Shown in pieces: positions 43,591 through 52,920 of a stretch of DNA of 64,000 nucleotides. The position numbers and the translations under genes were made by a program. The stretch lies in IMG/VR virus record IMGVR_UViG_3300030330_005983, positions 38,199-102,198 of that record, one strand, 5' to 3'. This stretch comes from a virus. Taxonomy: Duplodnaviria > Caudoviricetes. The notes beneath the pieces were generated by a model. It saw only the letters and a program-made list of their open reading frames with translations, made no database searches and was not told the DNA's origin. Each line of letters begins with the position of its first letter. Position 1 is the stretch's first letter.

Positions 43591-45117
43591 TTATCCTCCA
43601 GCAACCCGGCTAAGCATCTGAGCGAAATACCTGTCTTGAGTTATACCCCAAGGAACAGCTTCTCCACTTCTTTCGCATATCCATTTTCTGTATGGAGACA
43701 GATTTTTATTTAAAAGTATTCTGTCACATTTTTCGAGTTTAGGTAAATTATAAATGTATCCTATAACCATAACAGAAGAATCTGGGTTTTCAACAGGGCC
43801 AAAAACAGACCAGTCTTTTTGACTCCAATAAACTCTAAGCCTTAAATCTTCTTTTACTGCTCTACTGCTTTTACCCTCTCCTCCACACCAAGGACAAATC
43901 GTGTGATTTTGAAATGGAACAGGGCCTCCTTCTTTGTATATGTTTGATGACTTTTTCTGTCTTGGACTATATATACAATTAGGGCATATTGAGTTTTTAG
44001 TAGACGGATAGATTAACTGACAGTCTTGTCCTGTAGGTCCGTCTATTAATAAATCAGCCATTGTCTCGTGGCTAGAAAAAATAGAACCAGGAATTTCAAA
44101 CGATGGAGGCGCGCCATAAACTATTTCAACAACAGAAGCTTTTTCTACAGCGCCAATATCATATGCATCTCCTTGAGGCCTAGATGTTCCCAAAATATCT
44201 GACGTAACATCGGCGATAGTTTTACCAAAATCTAAAACAACTGAATTTTTAGCCAAAGAAAAAATATTGCTTTCTGCGTCAGCGAATACATTTTGCGCTC
44301 TTTCTTGCAGTTGATGATTTGTCCCTCCAAAGTCATCAGCGCTGGAATCACTGCTTACATTATAATTAAAGGTTTTAGTTCCTGTATGAAAAGCTATTTG
44401 GCTGTAACAAAAAGTAATTGAGTTTCCACCACTATCAACCGCGCCAATAACAATATTATTTTCAACTGTAATATTAAGAGTGCATGAAGCTACATTAGCA
44501 AATCTAATTCCAAAATTATTTAAAGTGCCTTGGTCTCTTACATAAATAGAGTTATGATATATGAACATATTTGTTGTGCCGCCAGAAGCATCGGTGCCAT
44601 ATGCATATATTGCTGTGGGAGTCGTGTTTGCGGAGCCATCAATAACTATTATATTATTAGTTACATAATTTGAGCTTGATACTCCAGTTGAACTTTGACC
44701 TATGAATATACCATATTGAAATGTGCCATGAACCAAGCAGTTGTCTACCCTGCAGTCTCTAGAAGTTCCTGAAGCTAAAAAATTAATTGCCTTTTCACTG
44801 TTACTGCTTCCACTTACTCTTATTCCGTCTATTCTGGTGTAAGGCACCCCTACTGATATGGGGGTAGATGCGGATATATAAGCGCCAGATGAAAAATCAA
44901 TACCATGACCTTCTTTATTGGCGGCATAAATTTTTGGATAGTCGTTAGAGTCTGGGGTAGACGACCATCCAGAAAGAGTCACAGACCCTAAGTTTCCGCC
45001 AGTGTAGCACTCAGCCCATTGGTCTGCGCTAGACTGTCCATCTGCAAAATCTTCCCATAAAGCTAATGTCGTAAAATCTCCGCCGCCTGCGGGTTTTATG
45101 GTTTTTACTGTAGGCAT
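43591..45117 (-). CDS. Fusion of a beta-helix-like appendage domain with a Zn-finger head-closure-like domain
   Basis: The N-terminal ~325 aa are paralogous to 27062..30097 and end in YDIGAVE. The C-terminus has CPNC...CPWC and a beta-rich segment. Neck position. Confidence 0.55.
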   Translation of the reverse strand: MPTVKTIKPAGGGDFTTLALWEDFADGQSSADQWAECYTGGNLGSVTLSGWSSTPDSNDYPKIYAANKEGHGIDFSSGAYISASTPISVGVPYTRIDGIRVSGSSNSEKAINFLASGTSRDCRVDNCLVHGTFQYGIFIGQSSTGVSSSNYVTNNIIVIDGSANTTPTAIYAYGTDASGGTTNMFIYHNSIYVRDQGTLNNFGIRFANVASCTLNITVENNIVIGAVDSGGNSITFCYSQIAFHTGTKTFNYNVSSDSSADDFGGTNHQLQERAQNVFADAESNIFSLAKNSVVLDFGKTIADVTSDILGTSRPQGDAYDIGAVEKASVVEIVYGAPPSFEIPGSIFSSHETMADLLIDGPTGQDCQLIYPSTKNSICPNCIYSPRQKKSSNIYKEGGPVPFQNHTICPWCGGEGKSSRAVKEDLRLRVYWSQKDWSVFGPVENPDSSVMVIGYIYNLPKLEKCDRILLNKNLSPYRKWICERSGEAVPWGITQDRYFAQMLSRVAGG

Positions 45118-45121
45118 TTAA

Positions 45122-46141
45122 CTATCCATTTGAGTCTGATTGAATTTGCCTTTTTGATTTAACAAACCTGTCGTTCAGTTCATCAACTTGAACTTGAGCG
45201 TCAATGCTATCTGTATTGTCTCTTTTCTTAAAGTTGATACCACCGCTATTAACTATAATTCCAGCTTGAGTTCTACGATTAGCGGTAATGATTTCATGTA
45301 AAACGTCATCTCCTGTAATCGCTGCTTCATCTGTGGCTTCTTCTTCGCCTCCTCCTCCTCCTCCTCCCCCTCCTCCAGAAGAGGTAAACGGAACATTATC
45401 GGTTCCCATATAGGCGTTAGGATAAAAGAAATTAGTTATTCCTGCCGCACTTGCTTGAAATTGATTATCTCCATAGGCTGGGCTACTAGTTTCAGTCAAG
45501 CCATTTGCGTTTAAAACATCCCTGTATGCCCCATTTGTATCGGCAGAACTGCCAACGTATGGCCCACCCATTGGATAATATGCTAGCATTTTTCCAGGCC
45601 GAACAAAAAGAGGAGAAGCCCCATTATAAAGACTTGTTCTTTCGCCGGCAGTAAGAACTGTGGACCATCCCGCCCACTCAGCTATCTCTCCGTCAAAATA
45701 ATAACCTGTACCTGGATTGGCGGGGAAGGCTAGTCCAATTTTAAAATCAAGGCCAGAGGTGCTGTGGTCAGAGGTTTTATTACTGGTGTTTGTTTTTACT
45801 ATGGAGTTGTCTACATAAAGATTTCTTGAGCCATATTGAAAATCAGCAACAATGTGATACCAAGTTATGCTATTGTCGGCTATAATAACGTCGGTTGTTG
45901 TTTGATAGCTGGCGTGGTAACGTAACCTCATTTTACCGTTAGTAATCATAAAAACGCCTAATCTTCCTTGGCCACTAGAGCCGTCATACTGCTCCCAAAC
46001 ACCCCCATTCTGTCTGCCGTGTGGTTTAATCCAACACGACACAGTAAAGGTATAGTTAGTATTGCTAAACGAAGAGTCATTTAAAATATTAACATTCTCT
46101 TTGCCAATACAATCATCTGTTCCGTCAAATATAATGCTCAT
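45122..46141 (-). CDS. LamG/concanavalin-like virion protein with a poly-Gly linker and small C-terminal domain
   Basis: FDGTDD, FTVSCWIK, WYHIV, LYVD, FDGEIAE. A G10 linker. The C-terminal ~55 aa are paralogous to 47792..47995. Confidence 0.75.
   Translation of the reverse strand: MSIIFDGTDDCIGKENVNILNDSSFSNTNYTFTVSCWIKPHGRQNGGVWEQYDGSSGQGRLGVFMITNGKMRLRYHASYQTTTDVIIADNSITWYHIVADFQYGSRNLYVDNSIVKTNTSNKTSDHSTSGLDFKIGLAFPANPGTGYYFDGEIAEWAGWSTVLTAGERTSLYNGASPLFVRPGKMLAYYPMGGPYVGSSADTNGAYRDVLNANGLTETSSPAYGDNQFQASAAGITNFFYPNAYMGTDNVPFTSSGGGGGGGGGGEEEATDEAAITGDDVLHEIITANRRTQAGIIVNSGGINFKKRDNTDSIDAQVQVDELNDRFVKSKRQIQSDSNG
45348..45377. repeat. (CCT)n trinucleotide run encoding the poly-Gly linker
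   Basis: cctcctcctcctcctccccctcctcc on the + strand. Confidence 0.8.
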
Positions 46142-46650
46142 TACGTCTCCTCGTATAAGGATACGGATGCAACGTAAACGTCTCCACTGACTCCGTCTCC
46201 ACTAACATCTCTCAAAATTCCTAGTCTGACTATATCTCCTGCGGCTACGCTGTCTTTTGCTGATAGCGTAAACGTAAGGATGTCTAGGTCTCCGGCTGTC
46301 CCAGGAACTGTTTTCGTGCTGGCGGTTGCGCCAAAATCAAAGTCCTGGGCGGCATCCAAGTCTAAAGAATCTCCATCCGTAATGGCCTCAAGTAAACATG
46401 CGAATGCAACGTCTCCACTGGTTGCGGAGGCGGTATAGTAAGCTATGTCGCATTTCAATGTTCCGCTTCCGGTATATTCAGCAGGCATAAAAAACATGCC
46501 CGTAGATGCACTTTCGTCGACAGAATCATCAAAAGCCAGACCAACTCTTGAAAAAGGGCTGATGCCATGATTAACATAAGTTGGACCCGTAGTGGATGCT
46601 GCTGGTCCAAGCGCAGTAGATGGGAAATTTAATGTAAAGTTTCTAGCCAT
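46141..46650 (-). CDS. Putative jelly-roll virion accessory protein
   Basis: Small, acidic and beta-rich (AFDDSVDES, MPAEY, VAAGDIVRL.I.RD). Confidence 0.45.
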   Translation of the reverse strand: MARNFTLNFPSTALGPAASTTGPTYVNHGISPFSRVGLAFDDSVDESASTGMFFMPAEYTGSGTLKCDIAYYTASATSGDVAFACLLEAITDGDSLDLDAAQDFDFGATASTKTVPGTAGDLDILTFTLSAKDSVAAGDIVRLGILRDVSGDGVSGDVYVASVSLYEET

Positions 46651-47159
46651 TATTCAATCCCCTTTGCTGTTCGAATTACTACTTGTGGGTCAGCGGCTAG
46701 CCACGCATCAAGATTTAGCTCCATTGCAGAAACCTCGTCTTCAGTGGTGGCAGCATCAACATTGTCTTGAGCAGCATAAAGCAAGTCTTGCCCTTGGTCA
46801 ATCCAACCGGCGAGCTGAGAGACATAAGTCACTCTTGCCGTATTTCCGGCCGCGATTGCCAATTGAAGGATGAGCAGAAGACTGAGCTTCTCGTCATCCG
46901 TGTACTTGCTTCTAATAGCTTCGCCAAGGTCTTCCTTAAATTGGTCTTTTTTATCAGACTTAACCTGAGATAGCCACTCAGCGTCGGCAGATGCTCTTTC
47001 AGAGGCGCTTTTTAAAATAATTGAATTCCCATATACTTTCCAGTGTCGTTTAGGAGAGTCAGGAATATTAGGATTTATAAGCCATTCATCAAGGCTATAT
47101 TCTGGAGTATTTACACTCTCAATAACCTCAAGGGTTTTTTTATTTACTACTGTCGCCAT
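46650..47159 (-). CDS. Fibre-assembly-chaperone-like protein
   Basis: SVNTPEY...WLINP...HWKV followed by helices ending VDAATTEDEV, typical of Tfa/DUF4376-like proteins. Confidence 0.4.
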   Translation of the reverse strand: MATVVNKKTLEVIESVNTPEYSLDEWLINPNIPDSPKRHWKVYGNSIILKSASERASADAEWLSQVKSDKKDQFKEDLGEAIRSKYTDDEKLSLLLILQLAIAAGNTARVTYVSQLAGWIDQGQDLLYAAQDNVDAATTEDEVSAMELNLDAWLAADPQVVIRTAKGIE

Positions 47160-47160
47160 T

Positions 47161-47799
47161 TTATGTACTCCAGCTATCTAATGGTTCAACTTTTCTTGAA
47201 AGAAATTCTTGTATGTCTGTGGTTTGGTCTCTTCTAAGTGCTGTAGCTGCATGCAAAATAGGGTTAGGGGTAAGTATATCCCTGTGCTCCTTTATTCCTC
47301 TCTCATGTGGCTCTCTCTTATCTATGCCCCTCTCTTCAATATAAACAACTAAATCATCTGCGGCTAGAAAATTAGCCTCTACTTCTGGGTCAAAAACATC
47401 GTCTGTTTCGCTATGAGGCAAATTGTCAAAATCAAAATGAAGGACACTTCTGTTTGTCATTACTGTTTGAAATACTGGCTCTCCATCTGGCCCAACGATT
47501 TGCGCTCCATTATCATCTTCAATTGGTTCTGTTACAATCTCACAAAAAGGAAAATCGACGGTTGGATTAGGTTCACCCCATTCTTTTTTCTTATTAAGTA
47601 TAGCAAGAGCAAGGGCGGCAGACTGAAGCTCTAGTTCAGAAGCGTTGTTTCCGGGCCAAGTCACCACTTGATGAACTTTCAATTCTTGACTTCCCCACCT
47701 ACCTCCAGCAGCCCTGCAAGTAATTACATCTCCCCTTCTTTTGACGCCTTTTTCCCCTTGACGCCTAACAGAAACCATAAGTTCTATTTCATTAGGCAC
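47161..47799 (-). CDS. Hypothetical protein, paralog of 48000..48488
   Basis: KRRGDVI...WGSQELKVHQVVTW versus KRPGDVI...WGSMETRVHQVVPW. Confidence 0.6.
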   Translation of the reverse strand: MPNEIELMVSVRRQGEKGVKRRGDVITCRAAGGRWGSQELKVHQVVTWPGNNASELELQSAALALAILNKKKEWGEPNPTVDFPFCEIVTEPIEDDNGAQIVGPDGEPVFQTVMTNRSVLHFDFDNLPHSETDDVFDPEVEANFLAADDLVVYIEERGIDKREPHERGIKEHRDILTPNPILHAATALRRDQTTDIQEFLSRKVEPLDSWST

Positions 47800-47995
47800 T
47801 GTATCTGTCTCCGTTGTTTTCTATAAATCTGTTGTCAAGTTCGTCTATGGCATTTTGAGCCTCTGGCAAATCTTCTCCTCTTCTACCGTCAAAATAAATC
47901 CCGCCATTACTCATTTTCATTCCCGCTTGAATTCTCCTATTCGCTGAAATAACTTCTGTGACTACATCAGCTCCTGTCAATGCTATTTCTGACAT
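47792..47995 (-). CDS. 67-aa protein, stand-alone copy of the C-terminal domain of the LamG protein
   Basis: ALTGADVVTEVISANRRIQAG...GGI.F...AQ...DEL..RF matches the C-terminus of 45122..46141. Confidence 0.7.
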   Translation of the reverse strand: MSEIALTGADVVTEVISANRRIQAGMKMSNGGIYFDGRRGEDLPEAQNAIDELDNRFIENNGDRYSA

Positions 47996-47999
47996 TGTT

Positions 48000-48488
48000 T
48001 TAAACCTCCAAAAGACTATTTTTTATTTGATTTTTATTATATTCAAATTCTATAATAATTTCTTCCTCTGTTTTTTGTGAAATATATTTTTGAATATCTA
48101 TTTCTCTAAAAAAATAAGGCTCAACGTAACAGTCATCTCTTATAACGTCTTTTTTTAAGGTTGGGTCTTCTATTGACTCAATGTTAAAATATTTGTATGA
48201 CCTAGTTTTGGTTACCTCTTTTGAGCAAATCAAATCTCCTCGATAGTTTACAAAATCTACCGTTTCGACTTGCTTATATGGAGTTATACGTGCATCGACG
48301 GTACCTGTTTTTTTTATTTCTTCCCTGAGTTGTAATTCTAATTCATCGTCAATCCAAGGGACCACCTGATGAACTCTTGTCTCCATGGAGCCCCAGTCAG
48401 CAAAACCCTCTAATTTAATACATATGACATCTCCCGGCCTCTTGTCATACGCTCTCGAATTTTTTGTTCTAATTAAGGCTTCTAACAT
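48000..48488 (-). CDS. Hypothetical protein, paralog of 47161..47799
   Basis: Shared GDVI / WGS.E..VHQVV.W block. Confidence 0.6.
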   Translation of the reverse strand: MLEALIRTKNSRAYDKRPGDVICIKLEGFADWGSMETRVHQVVPWIDDELELQLREEIKKTGTVDARITPYKQVETVDFVNYRGDLICSKEVTKTRSYKYFNIESIEDPTLKKDVIRDDCYVEPYFFREIDIQKYISQKTEEEIIIEFEYNKNQIKNSLLEV

Positions 48489-48986
48489 TTATTCGTACCA
48501 AATGGTTACCCAACCTCTATTGTAACTAGTTGAATCAAAGTCAGTAGAATCAAAACTTCCGCCCGTTTTTCTGATAAGCACAACTTTTTTATTTGTAATT
48601 CCAGAAACAGCAACATCAACTGCTGTCATGTGCGTCCCGCTTTTTGAGTGATTGTCTCCAAAATACACTGTGTCCGCATCATTCCTAATTGTAAACGCAG
48701 TGTTTCTCGTGCCCTTCCAAGTGTCAGAATATTCAAGCTCGTGATTTACTTTAACAAATCCAGTGCTGTCCATATTCCAATCGCCAATCTCGACAGTATT
48801 TCTTCTAAGCCCGTAATCGTCAAATCTAGACTGATAATCTCCGGAGGCCCTGACCGCGAAATCAAGTTCAGTAATAGTCGATGTAACATTTACATCAATT
48901 CTTTGTGTATCTCCAAGCTTGTTTACTGAAACAACACCGTCATTATTGTTGTATCCATCGCTTGTTTTTATTTTTTTTATCGGCAT
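48489..48986 (-). CDS. Putative fibre-tip-like virion accessory protein
   Basis: IGDWNMDST...H...IRND...NRGWVTIWYE, a small beta domain resembling phage fibre C-termini. Confidence 0.4.
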   Translation of the reverse strand: MPIKKIKTSDGYNNNDGVVSVNKLGDTQRIDVNVTSTITELDFAVRASGDYQSRFDDYGLRRNTVEIGDWNMDSTGFVKVNHELEYSDTWKGTRNTAFTIRNDADTVYFGDNHSKSGTHMTAVDVAVSGITNKKVVLIRKTGGSFDSTDFDSTSYNRGWVTIWYE

Positions 48987-49005
48987 AATATTTCTCCGTT
49001 AATGT

Positions 49006-49542
49006 CTATCTATAGCTTCGCGTGCTTGATGTATCGCCGTACACAGCGTTTCTGTGAGGGCCAATAATAGCTTCGCCCGCATTACTATTTCCTAGCCTAA
49101 ACTCTAACTCAGCTTGTTCATATTTATCACAAGCTTCCTTCATCATCTCTCTTTTAGCCGCAACCATACCTCTTGGGTCAATAGATGAAGGCCCATCTTT
49201 GATAACTATACCTTGATTTGTAGCGGCTCTATACTCTCCCCCAGCTAAAAGACAAGACGCTTTAAGCAGGACTAGATTTATAAAGCCATTATCTCTCTCT
49301 CCTACAGTGGGGTCAGGAGATATTCCGCTGTTTGCAATGTCTACAACGTAATCTTTTGGAAAATCAACAACTCCTTTTGTTAATTGAGCCGAGGTAACTA
49401 ACAGGCTGCAAAGTCTTTCGTCGGTAAATTCTCTTCTTGTTTCGTCTACGTCATTAATAACGTATCTTAGCAAGGATGTCATTTCGGGCTTCCATTTGGC
49501 AACGGAGTCGCTATACGATTTTCCAGCATATGTATAAGACAT
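49006..49542 (-). CDS. Head-tail adaptor (connector) protein
   Basis: First gene after the major capsid. LRYVINDVD...FTDERL helical pattern. ATG at 49542 with a GGAG SD. Confidence 0.6.
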   Translation of the reverse strand: MSYTYAGKSYSDSVAKWKPEMTSLLRYVINDVDETRREFTDERLCSLLVTSAQLTKGVVDFPKDYVVDIANSGISPDPTVGERDNGFINLVLLKASCLLAGGEYRAATNQGIVIKDGPSSIDPRGMVAAKREMMKEACDKYEQAELEFRLGNSNAGEAIIGPHRNAVYGDTSSTRSYR

Positions 49543-49584
49543 CTTAAAACTCCTGTTTTTGGCAATAAGTCGCTGTTCTGCTAT

Positions 49585-49596
49585 ATTATACACCAA
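49585..49596 (-). promoter_or_regulatory. Putative late promoter (TTGGTGTATAAT)
   Basis: Intergenic, immediately after the capsid terminator and upstream of the adaptor gene. Confidence 0.65.
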
Positions 49597-49604
49597 ATTG
49601 ACAT

Positions 49605-49640
49605 AAAAAAAGCTGGCCCCAAAATGGAGCCAGCCCTTTT
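49605..49640 (-). terminator. Intrinsic terminator after the major capsid gene
   Basis: Minus strand GCTGGCTCC-ATTTT-GGGGCCAGC followed by TTTTTTT. Confidence 0.8.
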
Positions 49641-49663
49641 GTTTTTAGCTAAAAAGCTAGGGT

Positions 49664-50677
49664 TTACAGCGAGCCAACGATAACGCGACGGTTATCAAGC
49701 ACAGCAAAGCCGTGCTCAGCAAAGCCATAAAAACCAGCTCTACGCTGACGGTGAAGATTTTCATCTTCAAATACCTGGACGTTTTCTCTCACCGGTCGAA
49801 CGAAAGAATCATTCGTGCTGAGGTCAAGGCCAACAACAAGCTCAACATCAGAAGCCTGAAGACTTCCGCTAAGCTCGCTCTTGAAGAAGTTTTGATACTC
49901 CTGGCCAACGCCAAGCTCGTCAATATCCTGAATATTCACCGAGAAGATACGCGTGATGGCGGCAGAGCCGTCCTCTGACGTATAAATCTCTCTACGGGTA
50001 ACATCGTCAACTTGGTCAACGCCCCAGTTGCGAATATCCTCGATAGCCTCTGGCGAAACATACAAGTCGGTAAGTTTGCCACGATTAATGCTGCTGGAAT
50101 TACCACCACCATTACGTCGCATAACAGTCTTCAGAAGCGAAACAAGTCGCTTAGTGAATTGACCTGCTGCTGCATCAGCATCATAAACCAAAATATTTCG
50201 GTCAACGCCAGCGGCCAAAATCGTGTGCCAAGCGTCATCGTTTGTCTTCTTGACAAAGCTAGACTGAAGAACCTGCAAGGCTCTGCCCACGATGTCCCAG
50301 CGAGCGTCTCTGGCATATCTGAGTGTCCAGTCAATGCTAGAGGCAATCTCGAATGTTGGAACCATGACATAATCGCCTTCCACATAACGCTCGGGAATAC
50401 GACCGTGATTTGGAATACTATATGCAACAAAATCTTTTTCAGTTCCGGGTGCCAAGAAATCCAAGGGAAATTCTGGGCTAGCTCCGGGAGCCAAAGAAAT
50501 AGTCTCGTAGATACCTGCTGTGATATCTCCGCTCATAACGCCTTGACGTAGCGGCTCTTGAAGCGCAACAGCAAGCTGATGCGAAGCCTCGAGCGACTCA
50601 GCTCGATTAGCGGAACCGCTTCTTTTCAGAAGGTCGGTCATTTCTGGCGTAGGAGCGCTAATAACATTTTTATTCAT
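49664..50677 (-). CDS. Major capsid protein (HK97 fold probable)
   Basis: About 337 aa, downstream of protease-scaffold and decoration genes and followed by a strong terminator. VMVPTFEIAS and GFYGFAEHGFAVLDNR are capsid-like segments. Confidence 0.8.
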   Translation of the reverse strand: MNKNVISAPTPEMTDLLKRSGSANRAESLEASHQLAVALQEPLRQGVMSGDITAGIYETISLAPGASPEFPLDFLAPGTEKDFVAYSIPNHGRIPERYVEGDYVMVPTFEIASSIDWTLRYARDARWDIVGRALQVLQSSFVKKTNDDAWHTILAAGVDRNILVYDADAAAGQFTKRLVSLLKTVMRRNGGGNSSSINRGKLTDLYVSPEAIEDIRNWGVDQVDDVTRREIYTSEDGSAAITRIFSVNIQDIDELGVGQEYQNFFKSELSGSLQASDVELVVGLDLSTNDSFVRPVRENVQVFEDENLHRQRRAGFYGFAEHGFAVLDNRRVIVGSL

Positions 50678-50687
50678 TTTAGTTCTC

Positions 50688-51203
50688 CTATCTATTTGGG
50701 TAAGTGTTTGCATCTGCTTGTGGCAGATTTACAGAAATTTTCGCATAACCGTCTTCGTCTTTGAGGCTATCAAACTGACCAATTGCCAATCCACCTGCAT
50801 AATTCTTACGATTAATCAATGGACCACTGTTGGTATTAGTGATAAATCCGCTAGGACCAACAAAAGCAATCTGTCCCTTTGTGGGCGTGATGCCTGGGTC
50901 AATCCGGTTAGTAACAACGGTCCCCTTCTTAAGAAGGGTTACTTTGCCGCCTTTTTGCATCTCATTCTTGTGGAAATTGATGTGCTGACGAGTTTGGTCA
51001 ATGTTGACCATATCGTTAAGCAAGATACCAATGGGAACTTGCCCGGACTGAGCTGCTGCGTATGTAACTAACGCTGCTGACTGGTCAAGTGCAGCACCAG
51101 AGCCCGCCGTGCTGAGAGTAACGACACCACCTCTTTCGGCCACTTCATTCATGAAGAAGTCGATAGTGGTTTCGAACTCGTATCGGTCGCCTTTAAGTGC
51201 CAT
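50688..51203 (-). CDS. Capsid decoration/cement protein
   Basis: Between scaffold and capsid genes. PIGILLNDM, GGKVTLL..G.V.T and D.DGYAKI form a beta-tulip-like pattern. Confidence 0.65.
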   Translation of the reverse strand: MALKGDRYEFETTIDFFMNEVAERGGVVTLSTAGSGAALDQSAALVTYAAAQSGQVPIGILLNDMVNIDQTRQHINFHKNEMQKGGKVTLLKKGTVVTNRIDPGITPTKGQIAFVGPSGFITNTNSGPLINRKNYAGGLAIGQFDSLKDEDGYAKISVNLPQADANTYPNR

Positions 51204-51217
51204 AGTTTATTTCTCCT

Positions 51218-52849
51218 TTACGACTCTTTTTCGTTATTATTGCCACCTAAAACTTCAGTAAAATACTGATTGAGGCTGGCAATAACCTCGCCAGACTCAT
51301 CTTCGCTGCTTACAGCCAAAGCTGCAGCATCCTCTGCTTCAGCATCGTGCAAAATTTCTGCGTCTGCTGCTTCATCAGCGGCTTCTGCGGCGTCTTCTGC
51401 ATCATGCTCTTCGGCTTTTTCAGCATATTTCTTTTTCATCATGCTTTTAGCCTTTTTCTTCTCATCGTCCTTGTCTTTGTGAAAAGGATAATGAGGGGCT
51501 TCGGTCTTCTCGTCTTTCTTCTTCTTCTTTTCCTCATCGTCGTCATGCATAGGCTTGTGAGGAGCTTCAGTAAGTTTCAGAACAAGAGTTTCAAACTGTT
51601 CGTCGGTAATCCCGGCAAAAGTTTCAACTAATTCCTCAGACTCTTCCTTGTCAATGCCCTTATCTACAAGGGCGCTAACACGACTAGTCTTGAGATTTTC
51701 AGCTTCGATAGAATTAAGCTTTTCAGTTAATTCAGTGATTTTGATTTCACTTTCGGCCTTAACGGCATCAAGCTCAGCAAAACTTTTCTTGGAAGCTTCT
51801 AAAACTTCATTAGCCGCTTCAAGTTTAGAACCAAGCTCTGCAATCTCCGCGTCTTTGTCAGCGCAAGCTTTCTCGAACGCAGAAATTTGAGCTTGAACTT
51901 TCTCTTCGTCCAATTCTCTGAGTCTAGCCTCAAGAGTTTCCACCTGAGCCTGTAAAGAGCGGACTTGCTCATTGTTATCTGACATTGAGCTTTCTCCTTT
52001 ATTACTACTAGTTACTAGTAAATTGATTTTTGGTCTTGCGTCGGCAAGCCCTGTAAAAATCACACTGTCTTGTTCTTTAAAAATAATTGATTCGGGGTTA
52101 CCTGGATTTTTAACCAAGCCTTTTCCGCTGAAGGTCATATTGCGCATCAAGCGCCCAACTTTATTGCCCTCATATTCTCCAGCACCACCATAAGAACGAA
52201 GGTGTTTGCTGAGAAAAGCAGTGTCTTCATTTCTGGAAACAATGCTTTCAACCCCTTTCGGAGAAACAACGGCGTAGTCAAAGTTAGAAAATAAAGCCTC
52301 CATTGAAACATACCATTTGCCCTCAGAAATTTCTTGCAAAAGTTCTTTAGTCTGAAAAGTCAACTTTTCATCACGACTTGATATGTGTTTATATATAACA
52401 GCGCTTGTAAGTATATGAAATTTTTCGGGTAGCGAATCAACATCGGAGTCATTTTTAACTAGCTCATAATTTTCATCAACTATAGCGTTGCCTGTTATAT
52501 GCCCAATAATATTATTCGGGTCATGACCTTTATTAAATGGTTTGTCTTCTGGCGTATTTCTAGCTGACCACATTTCTTGACGGTCAAAAACATCGTCGTT
52601 TTTATTCCAGCCTGTAGTCGATAATATAGAATAAATATAATGCAAATCAAACTGCTCTTTATCAGAAGCAATTGACTGTTCTATAGGCTTGGTTTTTTTT
52701 GCCTTAACAACTTCTTTAACTGAAGAGAGAACATTTTCATCTAATAAGATGGGGCAATATGCAGCTATAGCGCAGTTCTCTTTGGCTCTTATAGCCTCAG
52801 ACAACCCAGCTTCAGCCTCTGCTTTATATATTGGGATATCCCTGTACAT
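51218..52849 (-). CDS. Prohead protease-scaffold fusion
   Basis: N-terminal WNKNDDVF, KPFNKGH, IIGH, VSMEA and FSGKGLVKNP. C-terminal acidic coiled coil. Between portal and capsid genes. Confidence 0.75.
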   Translation of the reverse strand: MYRDIPIYKAEAEAGLSEAIRAKENCAIAAYCPILLDENVLSSVKEVVKAKKTKPIEQSIASDKEQFDLHYIYSILSTTGWNKNDDVFDRQEMWSARNTPEDKPFNKGHDPNNIIGHITGNAIVDENYELVKNDSDVDSLPEKFHILTSAVIYKHISSRDEKLTFQTKELLQEISEGKWYVSMEALFSNFDYAVVSPKGVESIVSRNEDTAFLSKHLRSYGGAGEYEGNKVGRLMRNMTFSGKGLVKNPGNPESIIFKEQDSVIFTGLADARPKINLLVTSSNKGESSMSDNNEQVRSLQAQVETLEARLRELDEEKVQAQISAFEKACADKDAEIAELGSKLEAANEVLEASKKSFAELDAVKAESEIKITELTEKLNSIEAENLKTSRVSALVDKGIDKEESEELVETFAGITDEQFETLVLKLTEAPHKPMHDDDEEKKKKKDEKTEAPHYPFHKDKDDEKKKAKSMMKKKYAEKAEEHDAEDAAEAADEAADAEILHDAEAEDAAALAVSSEDESGEVIASLNQYFTEVLGGNNNEKES

Positions 52850-52883
52850 ATTGAAAATATCTCTCCTGGTTTGGTCAAATAAA

Positions 52884-52892
52884 TATACACCA
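52884..52892 (-). promoter_or_regulatory. Putative late promoter (TGGTGTATA)
   Basis: Intergenic AATAATGGTGTATATTTAT upstream of the protease-scaffold SD. Confidence 0.6.
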
Positions 52893-52920
52893 TTATTTTT
52901 AAATGATGCTAATTAGTTAT

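Noticed and set aside
45348-45377. CCT run as a phase-variation tract
   Set aside because: The unit is a trinucleotide that keeps frame and simply encodes a Gly linker.
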